A stretch of 63,902 nt of DNA, the filler included, from Lenisia limosa (lineage: Eukaryota > Protista > Breviatea): NCBI GenBank assembly GCA_001655205.1. It is 15 parts of 15 records of this genome, joined end to end, with 100 filler letters (N's around TTAATTAATTAA, not from the genome) between each part and the next. Parts side by side here need not be neighbours in the genome. Positions count along the whole stretch, not along the records: positions 1 to 1,737 come from LPNZ01008926.1; positions 1,838 to 3,073 come from LPNZ01002482.1; positions 3,174 to 4,676 come from LPNZ01003537.1; positions 4,777 to 22,423 come from LPNZ01002743.1; 11 more parts are not named here. One strand, 5' to 3'. Under the pieces are notes generated by a model, which saw only the letters and a list, made by a program, of their open reading frames with translations, was not told where the DNA came from and did not search any database. Below, in pieces: positions 1-11,100 of this stretch. The translations under genes were made by a program, and so were the position numbers. Position 1 is the first letter of the stretch. Each line of letters opens with the position of its first letter.

Positions 1-72
1 AACAAAAACAAAAAAAAACACCCATCATCAAGTCTGATGGCTAACAATTACATCAAATTTCCCGAGTCCCAC

Positions 73-1585
73 CTGGCATGCGTCACCTACGCCGTCACCG
101 TCACTATCATTTTGATCGGAATTAGCAGTGGTGGGACAGTTGTCAATGCAGTCCATTACGCCATCAAAGTCGCTGTCGTTATCGGGTACACCGCATCCAC
201 AAACTCCTAAAGCCGTAATGAGGACTTCATGGAATTAATTAATGAAAATCTGAAGTCGGATATTTCAAGCAACAAACAATAATTATCATCACATGGAGTC
301 TATAAGCTTAACAATGGGGATCAGTCATACCCCTAAAACCCCTAGAATAAAATTTAGGTATCTTTCAATCATACTCTCCCACTTGACTCAGTTTTACTAC
401 CCCCTTTGTTTTATAATTTTCCCATTTTTACTCCCTATCTCCCCTTCTTCCGTAGCCATANNNNNNNNNNNNNNNNNNNNNNNNNNNNNNNNNNNNNNNN
501 NNNNNNNNNNNNNNNNNNNNNNNNNNNNNNNNNNNNNNNNNNNNNNNNNNNNNNNNNNNNNNNNNNNNNNNNNNNACCAAAAAAAGATTTAAATGCAGAA
601 GTATGTTTAATAAGGGTTTTATTTCAGATTTAACAGAAAAAGGTTGCGTGGAAACAAAACAAGAAGAAATAAGGTTCCCTTATTTCGAGAAAAAAAAAAA
701 AAATCAATTCACGGACTATCCAAGTCACCCTGTTTTGATTTATACTTCTACATTCACTTTTAGAACCTCTGGTTGTCTTCCCGACACTCAATTAATACAA
801 CATTAATCTATGATAACTTTGAAGAAAAGAAAATAAATAAATAAATACGAAGGTCGAATGTGATAATCCACCTCTTACAAAACCTTTAAATTTGTATGAG
901 ATAAAAACAACAACAAAAACAAAACATAAAAAACAACATAACAAAAAAAAAAACAAGAGATCAATCCAAACAATATCCTCCTTACGAGTCGGTATCGCTG
1001 TTTCCGCAGTTGCAGGTCCCGGCCTGATGTTGGTCCAAAAGGCCCTGTTTAAGAACGCCGGAAGCCTCGAGGAAGTCCACGTTCATTGAGGCAAACATAC
1101 CTAGGGGGGGGGGGGGNNNNNNNNNNNNNNNNNNNNNNNNNNNNNNNNNNNNNNNNNNNNNNNNNNNNNNNNNNNNNNNNNNNNNNNNNNNNNNNNNNNN
1201 NNNNNNNNNNCTAATATATAATATACAAACAAACAGAACCAACCAATCCATTCGTTGCGGGCTGTACCGGACTTGTCTTTGGGCTCAAGAACCAAAGTCA
1301 TCTGCTGGCCTGCCTTAACCTGAAAAGTCACATTTTGGGGAGTGTTGGGCGGTGATTATGATGGGATTGGTGCATTCTTAAACTGAAAAGTCACATTTCA
1401 TTTGGGGTTGGTTTTTTAAAAGAAACAAAAACAAACAAAAAAAGCGGTTAGACATTTGGATTTTACACCCCCACCACCTTAATGCCAGCAGCGGAGGTTC
1501 TATCGAAAGATGCGGGTAGGGAGTCGGCAAGGGACAGCTCACATGGCCATTGCAGAGTGTCGTTGCGTCCTAAGAAGTCCTTGGT
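73..1585 (-). CDS. Thrombospondin type 3 repeat-containing protein (partial, spliced)
   Basis: GT-AG exons 1585-1478, 1319-1244 and ~1100-988 join in phase. Exon 206-73 encodes [45 protein letters not shown], the TSP3 Ca-binding DxDxDG..D.CDNCP...N.DQ.D.D.DGVGDAC pattern. One exon is probably lost in the N gap at 461-575. Confidence 0.85.
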
Positions 1586-1737
1586 CTGGGGGAAGAGGGT
1601 AAATTGGAATATTTATGACAAAAAAAGGCCAAAAGTAACTCCTTAAAATGAAGGAAATTTCAATGAAGAATATTGTCTTGGGAGAAAAATTTGGAAAATT
1701 TATGAAGCAAAAAAAGCCCAAAATCAACTCTGTAAAA

Positions 1738-1837
1738 NNNNNNNNNNNNNNNNNNNNNNNNNNNNNNNNNNNNNNNNNNNNTTAATTAATTAANNNNNNN
1801 NNNNNNNNNNNNNNNNNNNNNNNNNNNNNNNNNNNNN
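1738..1837. other. Artificial 100-bp scaffold-joining spacer (44 N + TTAATTAATTAA + 44 N); first of 14
   Basis: The identical 12-mer, with stops in all six frames, sits inside N runs at 1782, 3118, 4721, 22468, 23920, 27597, 36094, 40117, 41768, 44639, 56801, 58443, 59894 and 61867. Neighbours across these spacers are not biological. Confidence 0.97.
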
Positions 1838-1839
1838 TC

Positions 1840-2309
1840 ACCACCACCACCACCCGTGGATGAACGCAAAGAGACCCCGGTTGACGTTCTTGAGGGCATC
1901 TTGCCTTCCCATCTGCTGGTGTCGGATTCGGATTCGGTGAGGTGTTTGTGTTGTACTTAGGGCTTCCCTACGGTCCGAAAATCGAGATTTATCGAGGATT
2001 TATCGGGAAAATTCAGTCTTTTTGGGACCGTAGGGAAGCCTTACTGTTGCTGTTTAAAATAATGGGTGCATATTGATGTTGCTGATGTGTTTATGTGTGT
2101 TTGGGGGTTTTGTTTAATAAATTTTCTCGTTTTACTCCCCTATATAATACCCATATTGTTCCCAGTACGCCAATATTCTTCATCGAAATTTCCTCCGTTT
2201 TACTCCCTCTCCAGGACACGGACGTGGACGCACCCCCAGGTGAGCTGCCAGATAACTTCATTTTCCGCCCCTCCAAGCCACCGAAGGTTCAACCTGCTAT
2301 TGTGGGGGG
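1840..2309 (+). CDS. Two exons of an uncharacterised Pro/Asp-rich protein (partial)
   Basis: Exon ending ...LLVSDSDS|gtgagg, then ctccag|DTDVDAPPGELPDNFIFRPSKPPKVQPAIVG|gtatta (2215-2309), joined in phase 0. Confidence 0.6.
1958..2043. mobile_element. Family A MITE, CCCTACGG subfamily
   Basis: TAGGGCTTCCCTACGGTCC...GGACCGTAGGGAAGCCTTA is a 19-bp TIR with 1 mismatch. The same subfamily occurs at 3607, 4942, 18693, 38090 and 43117. Confidence 0.88.
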
Positions 2310-2529
2310 GTATTATATGAAGGGTTCCGTGCAATTAGTTTTACGAAGAAATTTATTGACATATCTAATTAAAGTGTCTCAAATTTTACATCTTCATATT
2401 TTGCAATTAGTTGTTCAATGAATTGCACGGAGACCAAATATATGGTAATATGGATATGGAGGGAGTACAATTGAATGATTCAGAATGGGAGAGGGGTGCG
2501 TGCAATGGTACACTTTAAAGCACGTTATA

Positions 2530-2780
2530 CTTCGAGTTGTCACGCATATCGGAACATTACGGTGACATCATCTTTTTACTACTTTTTACTAGAATTAAAC
2601 TATGGAGAATCATATCTGTCAAGATTTTGGGCATTTTGATGACAATTGTAATTGTTCTCTTATTTCAATAATAATTACCTTTGTTACACTTCTAAATCTA
2701 AATCACGAAAGTTGCGCTTGGTTATGGTTCTTTTTGTTCTTCAACCGAGCCAGGTTTCGGAACTATATCCTGCTTTAACA
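2530..2780 (+). repeat. Family F dispersed repeat (~250 bp), second copy at ~62250-62490
   Basis: Colinear blocks TTGTCACG.ATATC.GAAC..TTAC.GTGAC.TCATCTTTT, AATTGTT.TCTTAT.TCAAT, TC.ACCGAG.CA.GTTT..GGAACTATA.CC.GCTTTAAC occur in both places. Confidence 0.75.
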
Positions 2781-2890
2781 ACTCAGAATGCGAGAGACGG
2801 CATTTTTGGACTGAAAAGCGTGCCACCCCCCAAGTAGGTGATATTCTGCCTCATTTGCTTTTGATATGGCAATATCTTAAAATGCTCTTG

Positions 2891-2967
2891 TATAGTGACC
2901 AGGATAAGTTACCGATTTACTCTGTGATTTCCCAAGGAAAATCGTTCAAGTCTTCCCAGTCACTGTA
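2891..2967. mobile_element. Family B MITE (~75-80 bp, TA|CAGTGAC termini, Tc1/mariner-like)
   Basis: Fold-back TAYAGTGACCAGGATAAGTCTTGACCGATTT...AAAATCGGTCAAGACTTATCC.GTCACTGTA. Copies at 3842, 18472, 21175-21254, 36608-36685, 46954, 50825-50892, 52027 and 56653-56732. Confidence 0.85.
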
Positions 2968-3261
2968 TATGATGTTTATTTTGGTGATTTTTTTTTGTAA
3001 TTATCAAACCCCAACCCCCATCACTATTTAATTTTACATTTTTCACGAATAATTTTCTTTTTTTTTTATGCGANNNNNNNNNNNNNNNNNNNNNNNNNNN
3101 NNNNNNNNNNNNNNNNNTTAATTAATTAANNNNNNNNNNNNNNNNNNNNNNNNNNNNNNNNNNNNNNNNNNNNGAGTGGGAGGGTGGAGGATGATTGAGT
3201 ATATATTACCTGTGGATATGGGGAGTTAGTGTTAGTATTGTTATTCGGGGTTTCAAAATTT

Positions 3262-3411
3262 GTGATGGGATGTGGTGCTACAGAAGAGATTGACCTGGGC
3301 TTTGTTTGTTTTATTGTTCTCAACCCTCGTGTGTTGTCAGCCAACAGAATTGATTTTGGGCTTTTTTTGTTTCATATATTTTCCATTCCTTCGTTTACCC
3401 CCCCCCCCCAG
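3262..3411 (+). repeat. Family C splice-site-anchored repeat, full-length acceptor copy
   Basis: GTGATGGGATGYGGTGCT..GAAG.GAC.TGGGCTTTGTTTGTTTT.TTGTTCTCAACCCT.GTGTGTTGTCAGCCAACAGA.TTGATTTTGGGCTTTTTTGTTTCATA.ATTTTCCA..TTTTAC(C)nAG, ending at AG 3410-3411. Confidence 0.9.
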
Positions 3412-4322
3412 TAACGTTNNNNNNNNNNNNNNNNNNNNNNNNNNNNNNNNNNNNNNNNNNNNNNNNNNNNNNNNNNNNNNNNNNNNNNNNNNNNNNNNNN
3501 NNNNNNNNNNNNNNNNNNNNNNNNNNNCGTGGTAGCTGTGAAGAATGTTATGGTGGGTGGAGGTAATAGAATATCCTCTTTTACATACACTGCGATTAGT
3601 TATGACTAAGGCTTCCATACGTTCGATATTCATCGCTATTCATCTAGGGTTTATCGAGAAATGGTCTTTTTTGGGACCGTAGGGAATCCCTAATATGACA
3701 CAGCTATTGAGCTTTATCTTTATTTAATCGTGTTAGAACATATCATATTATTTAAATGTACGTAATATATGATATGATATACACAAACATATGCATGTGT
3801 TCTCCCGTTATACTGTATACTGGAATGCAGCTATATGCAAATACAGTGACCAATTTGCAATGTGATTTCCCAAGGAAAATCAGTCAAGACTTATACCGCT
3901 CACAAGACATACAAGAATTAATATTGCACTCCACTCCTTTATACATGTATTTTATACCCCCAGTAGATATGCTGAATAAAATGGGGCATCTCTATGGTCC
4001 GAAAAAGATCGTCAAAATATTTGGCTTTGTAATTTTACAATTTTACACCCCCCCCCCAGGTGGTAGCGCGTGTTGGTGGTCTGGTGGAGTGTGTTGCGCA
4101 CCACCGAAATAACATCCGGTCCTGGGACTTCACCACCAAATGGTCGTGCCCCAATGAAACGGAAAAGTTAGGGAGGGGGGGTGATATGATATGTATGTCT
4201 GTATGTGATTGTAAAAGTAATGTATATGTGTGTCTCTCTGCCTAATTTGACGCTCCAGATGGGTGACGTGTCTGGTAGCCGACGCGCAAATGAGCCGCGT
4301 TTTTATCGGCTATGGGCCCCAG
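3412..4322 (+). CDS. WD40-like repeat protein (partial, spliced)
   Basis: Exons 4060-4166 and 4259-4322 join in phase: VVARVGGLVECVAHHRNNIRSWDFTTKWSCPNETEKWVTCLVADAQMSRVFIGYGPQ. WVTCL...R.FIG resembles WD40 strands. Confidence 0.45.
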
Positions 4323-4869
4323 GTACAGGGAGGGGGTATTCTTGAACTTTGTTATTTGACCTTTTCGCTTGAAAAACCAAACGATAGCTACGAGTCATAG
4401 AAAGTTGTTTCCGCTACGTAAACTCTCGAAAATCGAAACCTGTCAGATGTGGTGGTAGTGTGTGGAGGAGGTGCGATACTAGTTTTTTTTAGAGAGAATT
4501 GCACATTTTACTTCTGTATTGAGGTGTGAGGAGGTTCGGCGGTACTAGCTTTAAGAGGGGGAGGGGGAGATAGTAGCTTTATTGATGATTGAGCCATCTT
4601 AAAGGGTATGTTTTTTACTTCTATATTGGGGGAGAGGGGGGTTACTTCAGTATTTAGCAGGTATTAATTGATTTTGNNNNNNNNNNNNNNNNNNNNNNNN
4701 NNNNNNNNNNNNNNNNNNNNTTAATTAATTAANNNNNNNNNNNNNNNNNNNNNNNNNNNNNNNNNNNNNNNNNNNNTCACTATCAAACGACACTCGTTCT
4801 TGAATGTGGTTTCCGATGAATGATGACACCAGTAGTGTCTGAGTGGCTGTAACAACGACAGCTTCGATA

Positions 4870-4935
4870 TTCACAATGCTACACAAGATTAGGGATGTTC
4901 ACAATGCTACACAAGATTAGGGATGTTCACAATGC
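4870..4935. repeat. Tandem repeat, 28 bp x 2.4
   Basis: TTCACAATGCTACACAAGATTAGGGATG starts at 4870, 4898 and 4926. Confidence 0.9.
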
Positions 4936-5099
4936 GTTACGTAGTGCTTCCCTACGGTCCATAAAGACCTATCAAATGTCGATATTTGTCGAGGATTTGT
5001 CGAGAAATCCATTAATTTTTGGAACCGTAGGGAAGCCCTAGATTTAAATGAACAACTTTGTTTCGGAATTCCATTAGGAGGGTATTGTCTTCCCAAGTT

Positions 5100-5700
5100 C
5101 CCTACAGTCAGCTGACAAATCTTCTTTTGAACCGAACCATGATCATCCCCCCCGCCAACTTAGGATGCCATTCTGAGCATTGTGTGCTAAAGTGCGCTTC
5201 GGACATGAGGATCTGTCGCACATTTGACTCCTCAGCTGCCGGCTCAAGATTGGTCTGATTGATCAACGGCCACAAAAGACAAAGACCAATCAATATCGTG
5301 CCATATCCAACAGGAATAACAATATTTATGATTCAAGTAGTTAAAAGGACCTGCTGAGAGGTCGGAGAGGGAAACAACAAAAGCCGTTTACCTTACAGAG
5401 AACATTGTGCCCCCTGAAAACGGCGCTGTAGATACCAATTTCTTCAGAAAACAAAATCAGAAGATCAAGTAGCTCGAGTTCGTCCCTAGAAGCAAAGAGA
5501 TGGGTCATCTTGGCCAGAGAATGATTCCACGTCCGGAGACTCCCGTTGATTTCCCGCCAGAAAACGTTATCCGTAACACAATATGGCTCGTTAGAAGGGT
5601 CGAGCGCCAGAGAGGCGGCCTTGCAGAATAGATTTACTTAGGATTTCGGAGAGGCAACGTCCTTTTCGAGGTGTTCTAATTCAAATTTAACATTACAATG
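5100..5700 (-). pseudogene. Decayed intronless RecQ-like helicase relic (paralogue of the 30.6-31.5 kb relic)
   Basis: Shares GAGGTCGGAG(A)GGGAAACAAC with 31462-31482. It translates to VVSL[fs]RPL...IVIPVGYG, matching VVSLRPLQ...VVAPPGSGKS, and is preceded by about 100 codons of stop-interrupted coding-like sequence. Confidence 0.45.
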
Positions 5701-8159
5701 ATTTATTATAACATTGATACAACTATTAAGGTTGTTTGGGGTCTACTTCTCGCCCAATTTCATCAAGTTCGGGAAGAAATCAGCCGTACCGGGTGTGCCG
5801 CCGGAAAAAAACAACATTGACGCCTTACCAAATCGGGAAAGTGGTGTTTTTATTGACAATATTTTCCGAATTCGGACTGAAAAAGCTATTTGTTTATCGC
5901 TTTCATTTTTGTAATAAAGTTCAAATTTAGTAGTTCTTATTTAGTGAGTCTATCGTCTTCCTTGTTTTTTCCCAAGTTCCTTTACCCCCATCTTATATCT
6001 ACAATGCCCACCACCGAAGCTCGTACCACTTTGTGAGTGGCTTTGGATGTTAATGTCAGTTTTCTAAAGTGTTATTCAATTTCCGATCACACACTTGCCT
6101 CTTTGGGAAAGCCCCGTCGTTATTACTCGCTCCCTTCCCTCTTCTCACCATAATTCAGTGCTATTTGTTTGGTTGTAGCATAGTTGTGTACCTTGACCTC
6201 CTCAGTTTCCTTTTTTGATTGTTGCCCTTTTCCCTCTAACTCTTTAGCCTCTCTGAGGAGCTCAATTATCGCGATGACATGCACAAGAGCCCCTTCCAGG
6301 CCAGAAGGTAGGGGCGTTCGATTTTGAGTCTTCTGTTTTTAGATTCCTTTTCAGTTCCAAAAGACGTGTAAATAATGGATATTTATTGTAATAATATCGA
6401 AACTTCAGTTGAATTCAGGCCAACAGTATTGTTTTATATAATATTTGGGTCCTCAATTACTTTAGATCTCATTTTGGGACAAGTCGTGAGTTATTTCATT
6501 TCTTGTCAGTTTCGAATCTGATCAACTTAGAAAGAATGCTCATCCCATGACAACCGACCCCAAGTAAGCGGATCCATCTCATTGTCAAATAAAAGATTGT
6601 AGTCTTACAGCTTGTCAATATGATGGTACTGTAGTCATGGTTATTGGCTTTTAACCTAATGTACATGTAACAGTATTGTATCGCAGATTCTTAACATATT
6701 TTCAGGTGTAAATACCCCATATCATTCCGTTCGACCTTAATTTCGTTTTAGGGTACAAACCTCAACATTAGAGGCGATGGCCAAGTCGCATGATATGACT
6801 GCTCGGACTACATGGTGGATGGGGGTATTCAGGGTAATGTCTCCTTTGAAGTCGAAAACGCCACTTTAGGGCGTCATCGTTTAATATTCTAAAAGAATAT
6901 ATTATGGTTCTTTCGATAATTTTGGATCGCCTCTGTGGGGCCAAATATCTACCGACTTAACCACAGATTTTTTGAATTTGTTCGTAAAGCACCCCTTCAC
7001 TATTTTTAATGACTTCTTTAGTCCAAGTGAACAAGCGAAGTTCATGGAGAATGCTCGCAAGTACGAAGGCAATACCATGAACCATTAGAGCTTCTCTAAT
7101 CTGAAAATGAACTATCTCCCATATTTTGATCCAATCCAAGGGGAGTACTTATCGTGACTAACATTTCCATTATATATGAATCAATGAATATGAGAAAAGT
7201 GGAAGGAAAACATAGCTTTCTGTGTACCTCAAATAAAAAGCAGAATGGTACATACATTACTTCTAGAGTTTTATACGTTGCGGTATTGTTCACATACAAC
7301 GTCCTGAACATGGTCAATAAAGAGGTTACCTTTGAAAAATATCCAGAAGACCCTGTGAAATTGTGCCTTGAAATGTATACAATATCACACTATTGTCAGT
7401 GACTTTTTACTAAACAGCTCAATATCATCCCATTAAAAATTATATTCCAGCGCCCAACCCCACTGGTCCAAATTGGGCGATCCACTCAGACGCCAAGTGG
7501 GCGGCTGTTTTATTCTCACGCTGAAAAATCAGAGTTTAAACCAAGGCCACCTGAATAATATCGAAGAATTTCGACGCTTTTTCGAAGTTATACGAGAGAA
7601 CCAGCTCGGATTCCACATCGAGTATTGTTGGGGGCGCACAGAGGAGTTCGTATATCACACCTTTGTCTTCATGGTCACCAAGGCATCTGATAGTGTTAAT
7701 CACAAAACGTAATGAAAACAGCCAACTTATCTCTCATATATTGCTCATCTACCACTTGTAATTATCTACCCTTATCTCTTCACCCCATGCAACTATTCTT
7801 TAACCCTAATTCATATATTATAAGGTTTGACTATTCTAAAATACATTTTAACGGACAATAATGTGAGATTTCAATCGTAGGCTTAGTTCATAATTTGTCA
7901 AGACTCTAGTCAAACCTTACCTGCATATACAGACATCACAGACTTGGGTGTAGCAAGACAAACTAAGAAGAATCTTTAACTACAATATAAATTACAAATT
8001 CAAAAGTAGTCACTCGATGTATAGACTCCACTCCTAAGTTGCATAGAAAAGGAAATCCCGACTTAAAAATGGGGAAATTGAAAACAAGGAAATAGGAGAC
8101 AAACCTTGAGTTGCTTGCAATATGCCTCCAAAGAGTCAGCAAGTTGTATGACAGGACCC

Positions 8160-11100
8160 AAAACTCCAAATTTCATCTGCTCCGGAGAACCTGGAACATT
8201 GAATACATGACGCGACGTAATAATATAAAGGCCTCCTGTGGTCTAAAAAACTGACGTATCGGTAATTTTTGAAGTCATAACGAGAAACTCAGCAATGTCT
8301 GGAAGACCAATTAATATGTACCGTATTTGATACACTTTGATGGGTGTTTGTAATTGTAATTCATTTCTATATTCCATTACAAGATTAAAAAATCTCATAA
8401 TTTTTAAAGGATTTGGATACTGTAGATTTCGGAATCAATAGTGGATTTTAGAAACATATAGGCATAGTATTGATTGTTTAATAATATATGCATTGATTTG
8501 AGATTAGGGAAATAAATATACACTAGGACCATACTTGAGGCGTGTTGGGGAGACGTATGACCGAATCAGATAGAATTTTTACGGATCTTCGAAAATTTCT
8601 CAATATTTAGTTTTTAAAAAGTGTTACGACTCTCAAGAAAGTCTATCAATCAAATAGTTTCCACACTAGCTATACTTTTCCTTACCGATATTGCCGGCCC
8701 AAGACACGTCAGAATCTATGCCGATTCGGGCATAGAGCAGAGATCCATCCAGATACTCCTAATATCATTAAGGGTGTAAATTTCTCTCGTAATACACAGA
8801 AGGTGTATTCGATTTTGTCAATCATATTATTTATTTTCCTATTGGTATCATTTTTATGAAATAATGCTATATTTAATTTCGATCAACATATGATTAATGA
8901 ATTATTGTCGCAAACATGAAGCTCTTTTCGTAGCTGTGGTAGAATTTTCTGCATCTCAACAGCGGTTATACATGCCTGAACTGTTAGGATTATGATACTT
9001 AAATTAATTCCACAAAACTATGTTTTCCACAAAGGCTGATGTAGTATATTATAAAGTATCAATATATTTGGAGAGTTTTCTGCTCTGTTTGTAATGGAGT
9101 GAAGCCCCAACAATTAACCTCTGTTCATACCTTGACTGCATGATCAGGCACGCGATCCAAGGCGTTCCAAAAGGCAACAATGCCATCTCCTAGATACCTG
9201 GGAGGGGGAAAAAGGGTAATTGGGGGTAGAAAAACTGGGGTATTATGAAAACTGGTGAGGGGAAAGCTAAATTGGAATATTTATGAAAAAAAGCAATTTC
9301 AAATCAACTGTTTCGGCTAGCAACACACACGGACTGAAAAAAACAAAACAAAAGGTGGGGAGGGGGCTAAACAATATTTCATGAAATAATTTCAATTTGA
9401 CACTAACCCACTCTCCCATGGTGCCAGAATTGGCCAGAATCAGCGATGTCATGACATCAAGGTACTTAGATAGCACTCGGAACAATGACGACGGAATCAG
9501 TCCTTTATGACAGTGAACAGGAAATATATGTGATTATAGGCGCAACCAATGATTAAAGTGTTGTTGAAATGTTTATAATATGAAAAGCATAGAATGTGTG
9601 TTTCACCCAATTAGTACTTGTTAAATGAGTTTTTATGTGAATCAAACGAAGGTTTGCCGTTTTGTCAAACCTAAAAAGTGACAAATTTTCACCCCTTTTC
9701 TCACTCTCAGACATGGTGGTGAACTCCTGTAAGTCACTTGAAAGCACACTTGATAATCAGTAACAAATAAAATGATGTGTTAATGTTGTATAATAATATC
9801 TGAGATTGTCAAAAGTTTAATTCAAATAAAACCAATGGCAAGATCACACCTTCTAGAATAAACACTCACCATGCACTTTCCTGAAAATGAGCTTATTATA
9901 TATCGATATTCTCTTGTATTTCATAATATTTGGCAAGTATATTACATTATATATAGCTATATCATATAAATATGAGGGTTAACGCACTATATTCATATAT
10001 TCATGTCCCCCCTTACGTAACCTGGACTTTGTTGACGCCAAGCTAAATACAGTAAGAAATATTTTAGTATTATGGCTTCCCTACTTCCCCAGAAAAGACT
10101 GATATTTTCGATAAATCCTTGTAAATATCGATATTTCACCAGTATATTTCGAAACTTATGGATACGACAATTTATAAACCATGAAATGATTTGAACTATT
10201 TGTCAATATTATTTGTATCACACTTTAGTAAACTATTCTCACCATTGAAACATATTCAAAACATGTAATATAGTGACTGTAATATTGACAACTGTTTCAA
10301 AACCCATCGCAAAGGCTTCATTTCGGTAAGAAAAAAAGACTAAATTTGATATATCCTCGAAAACGATCACTGTTTTAAAGGTCTTTTCTAACCGAAGTGA
10401 AGCCCAACACATCGCTTTCACTATATTTCATACCTTGGCGTTTTCTGGCGAATTAACAATCATATGAACAACGGAACGCGGGATGTACTTCGAAAATGAC
10501 TCCTATTAAGTGAAACAACTGATCTTGAGGGAACACTACGGCGCATTGACTTGGTATTCTGATGAAAAAGCTGGGAGTCCCATTATTTACACTAAAATCC
10601 CCCAGATAATGATATCTGAAAGTTCTGGATTTTCCATGGGTACCTGTTGACGGGTAGTACAAAACAACTGTTTTATATTCCAAGTAAATATCATTTCTGA
10701 CTGAGGCTCATAGCAGTATTGAGTGAAACATTCAAGGAAAAATTATAATGAAAGCTGCATATCAAAACGTTAATTGATTGTCCCAAGTCAAAATTGCTTG
10801 GAATTTCAATTAAGACTACCCACAAGGTTTTTTCTCATCGAAAGGAAGGCATCGTTCAGTTCGTGTATCTCTTTAATGTAAGAGACCTCACAGCACTTTT
10901 GTGTCCTAAATCATGAATTGTCCTCCAAGCACTCCAACGGATTGTCCCTCTAAGCACTCTCGTAAGTCATGACTTGTCCTGCATTCACTCTCAACTACTA
11001 TTTAAACACATTTTTGGCACCTCTTTAGTTTTGAGATTACTCACAAACTAGATCCCAACAAAACAGGCTTACTTTAACTTTCGATCAACTTCCGCGAAAT

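Noticed and set aside
3262-3411. Family C as a tRNA-derived SINE or snoRNA
   Set aside because: No recognisable Pol III A/B boxes, poly(A) tail, TSDs or C/D or H/ACA box layout were seen, and antisense copies at donors do not fit an intron-encoded snoRNA.
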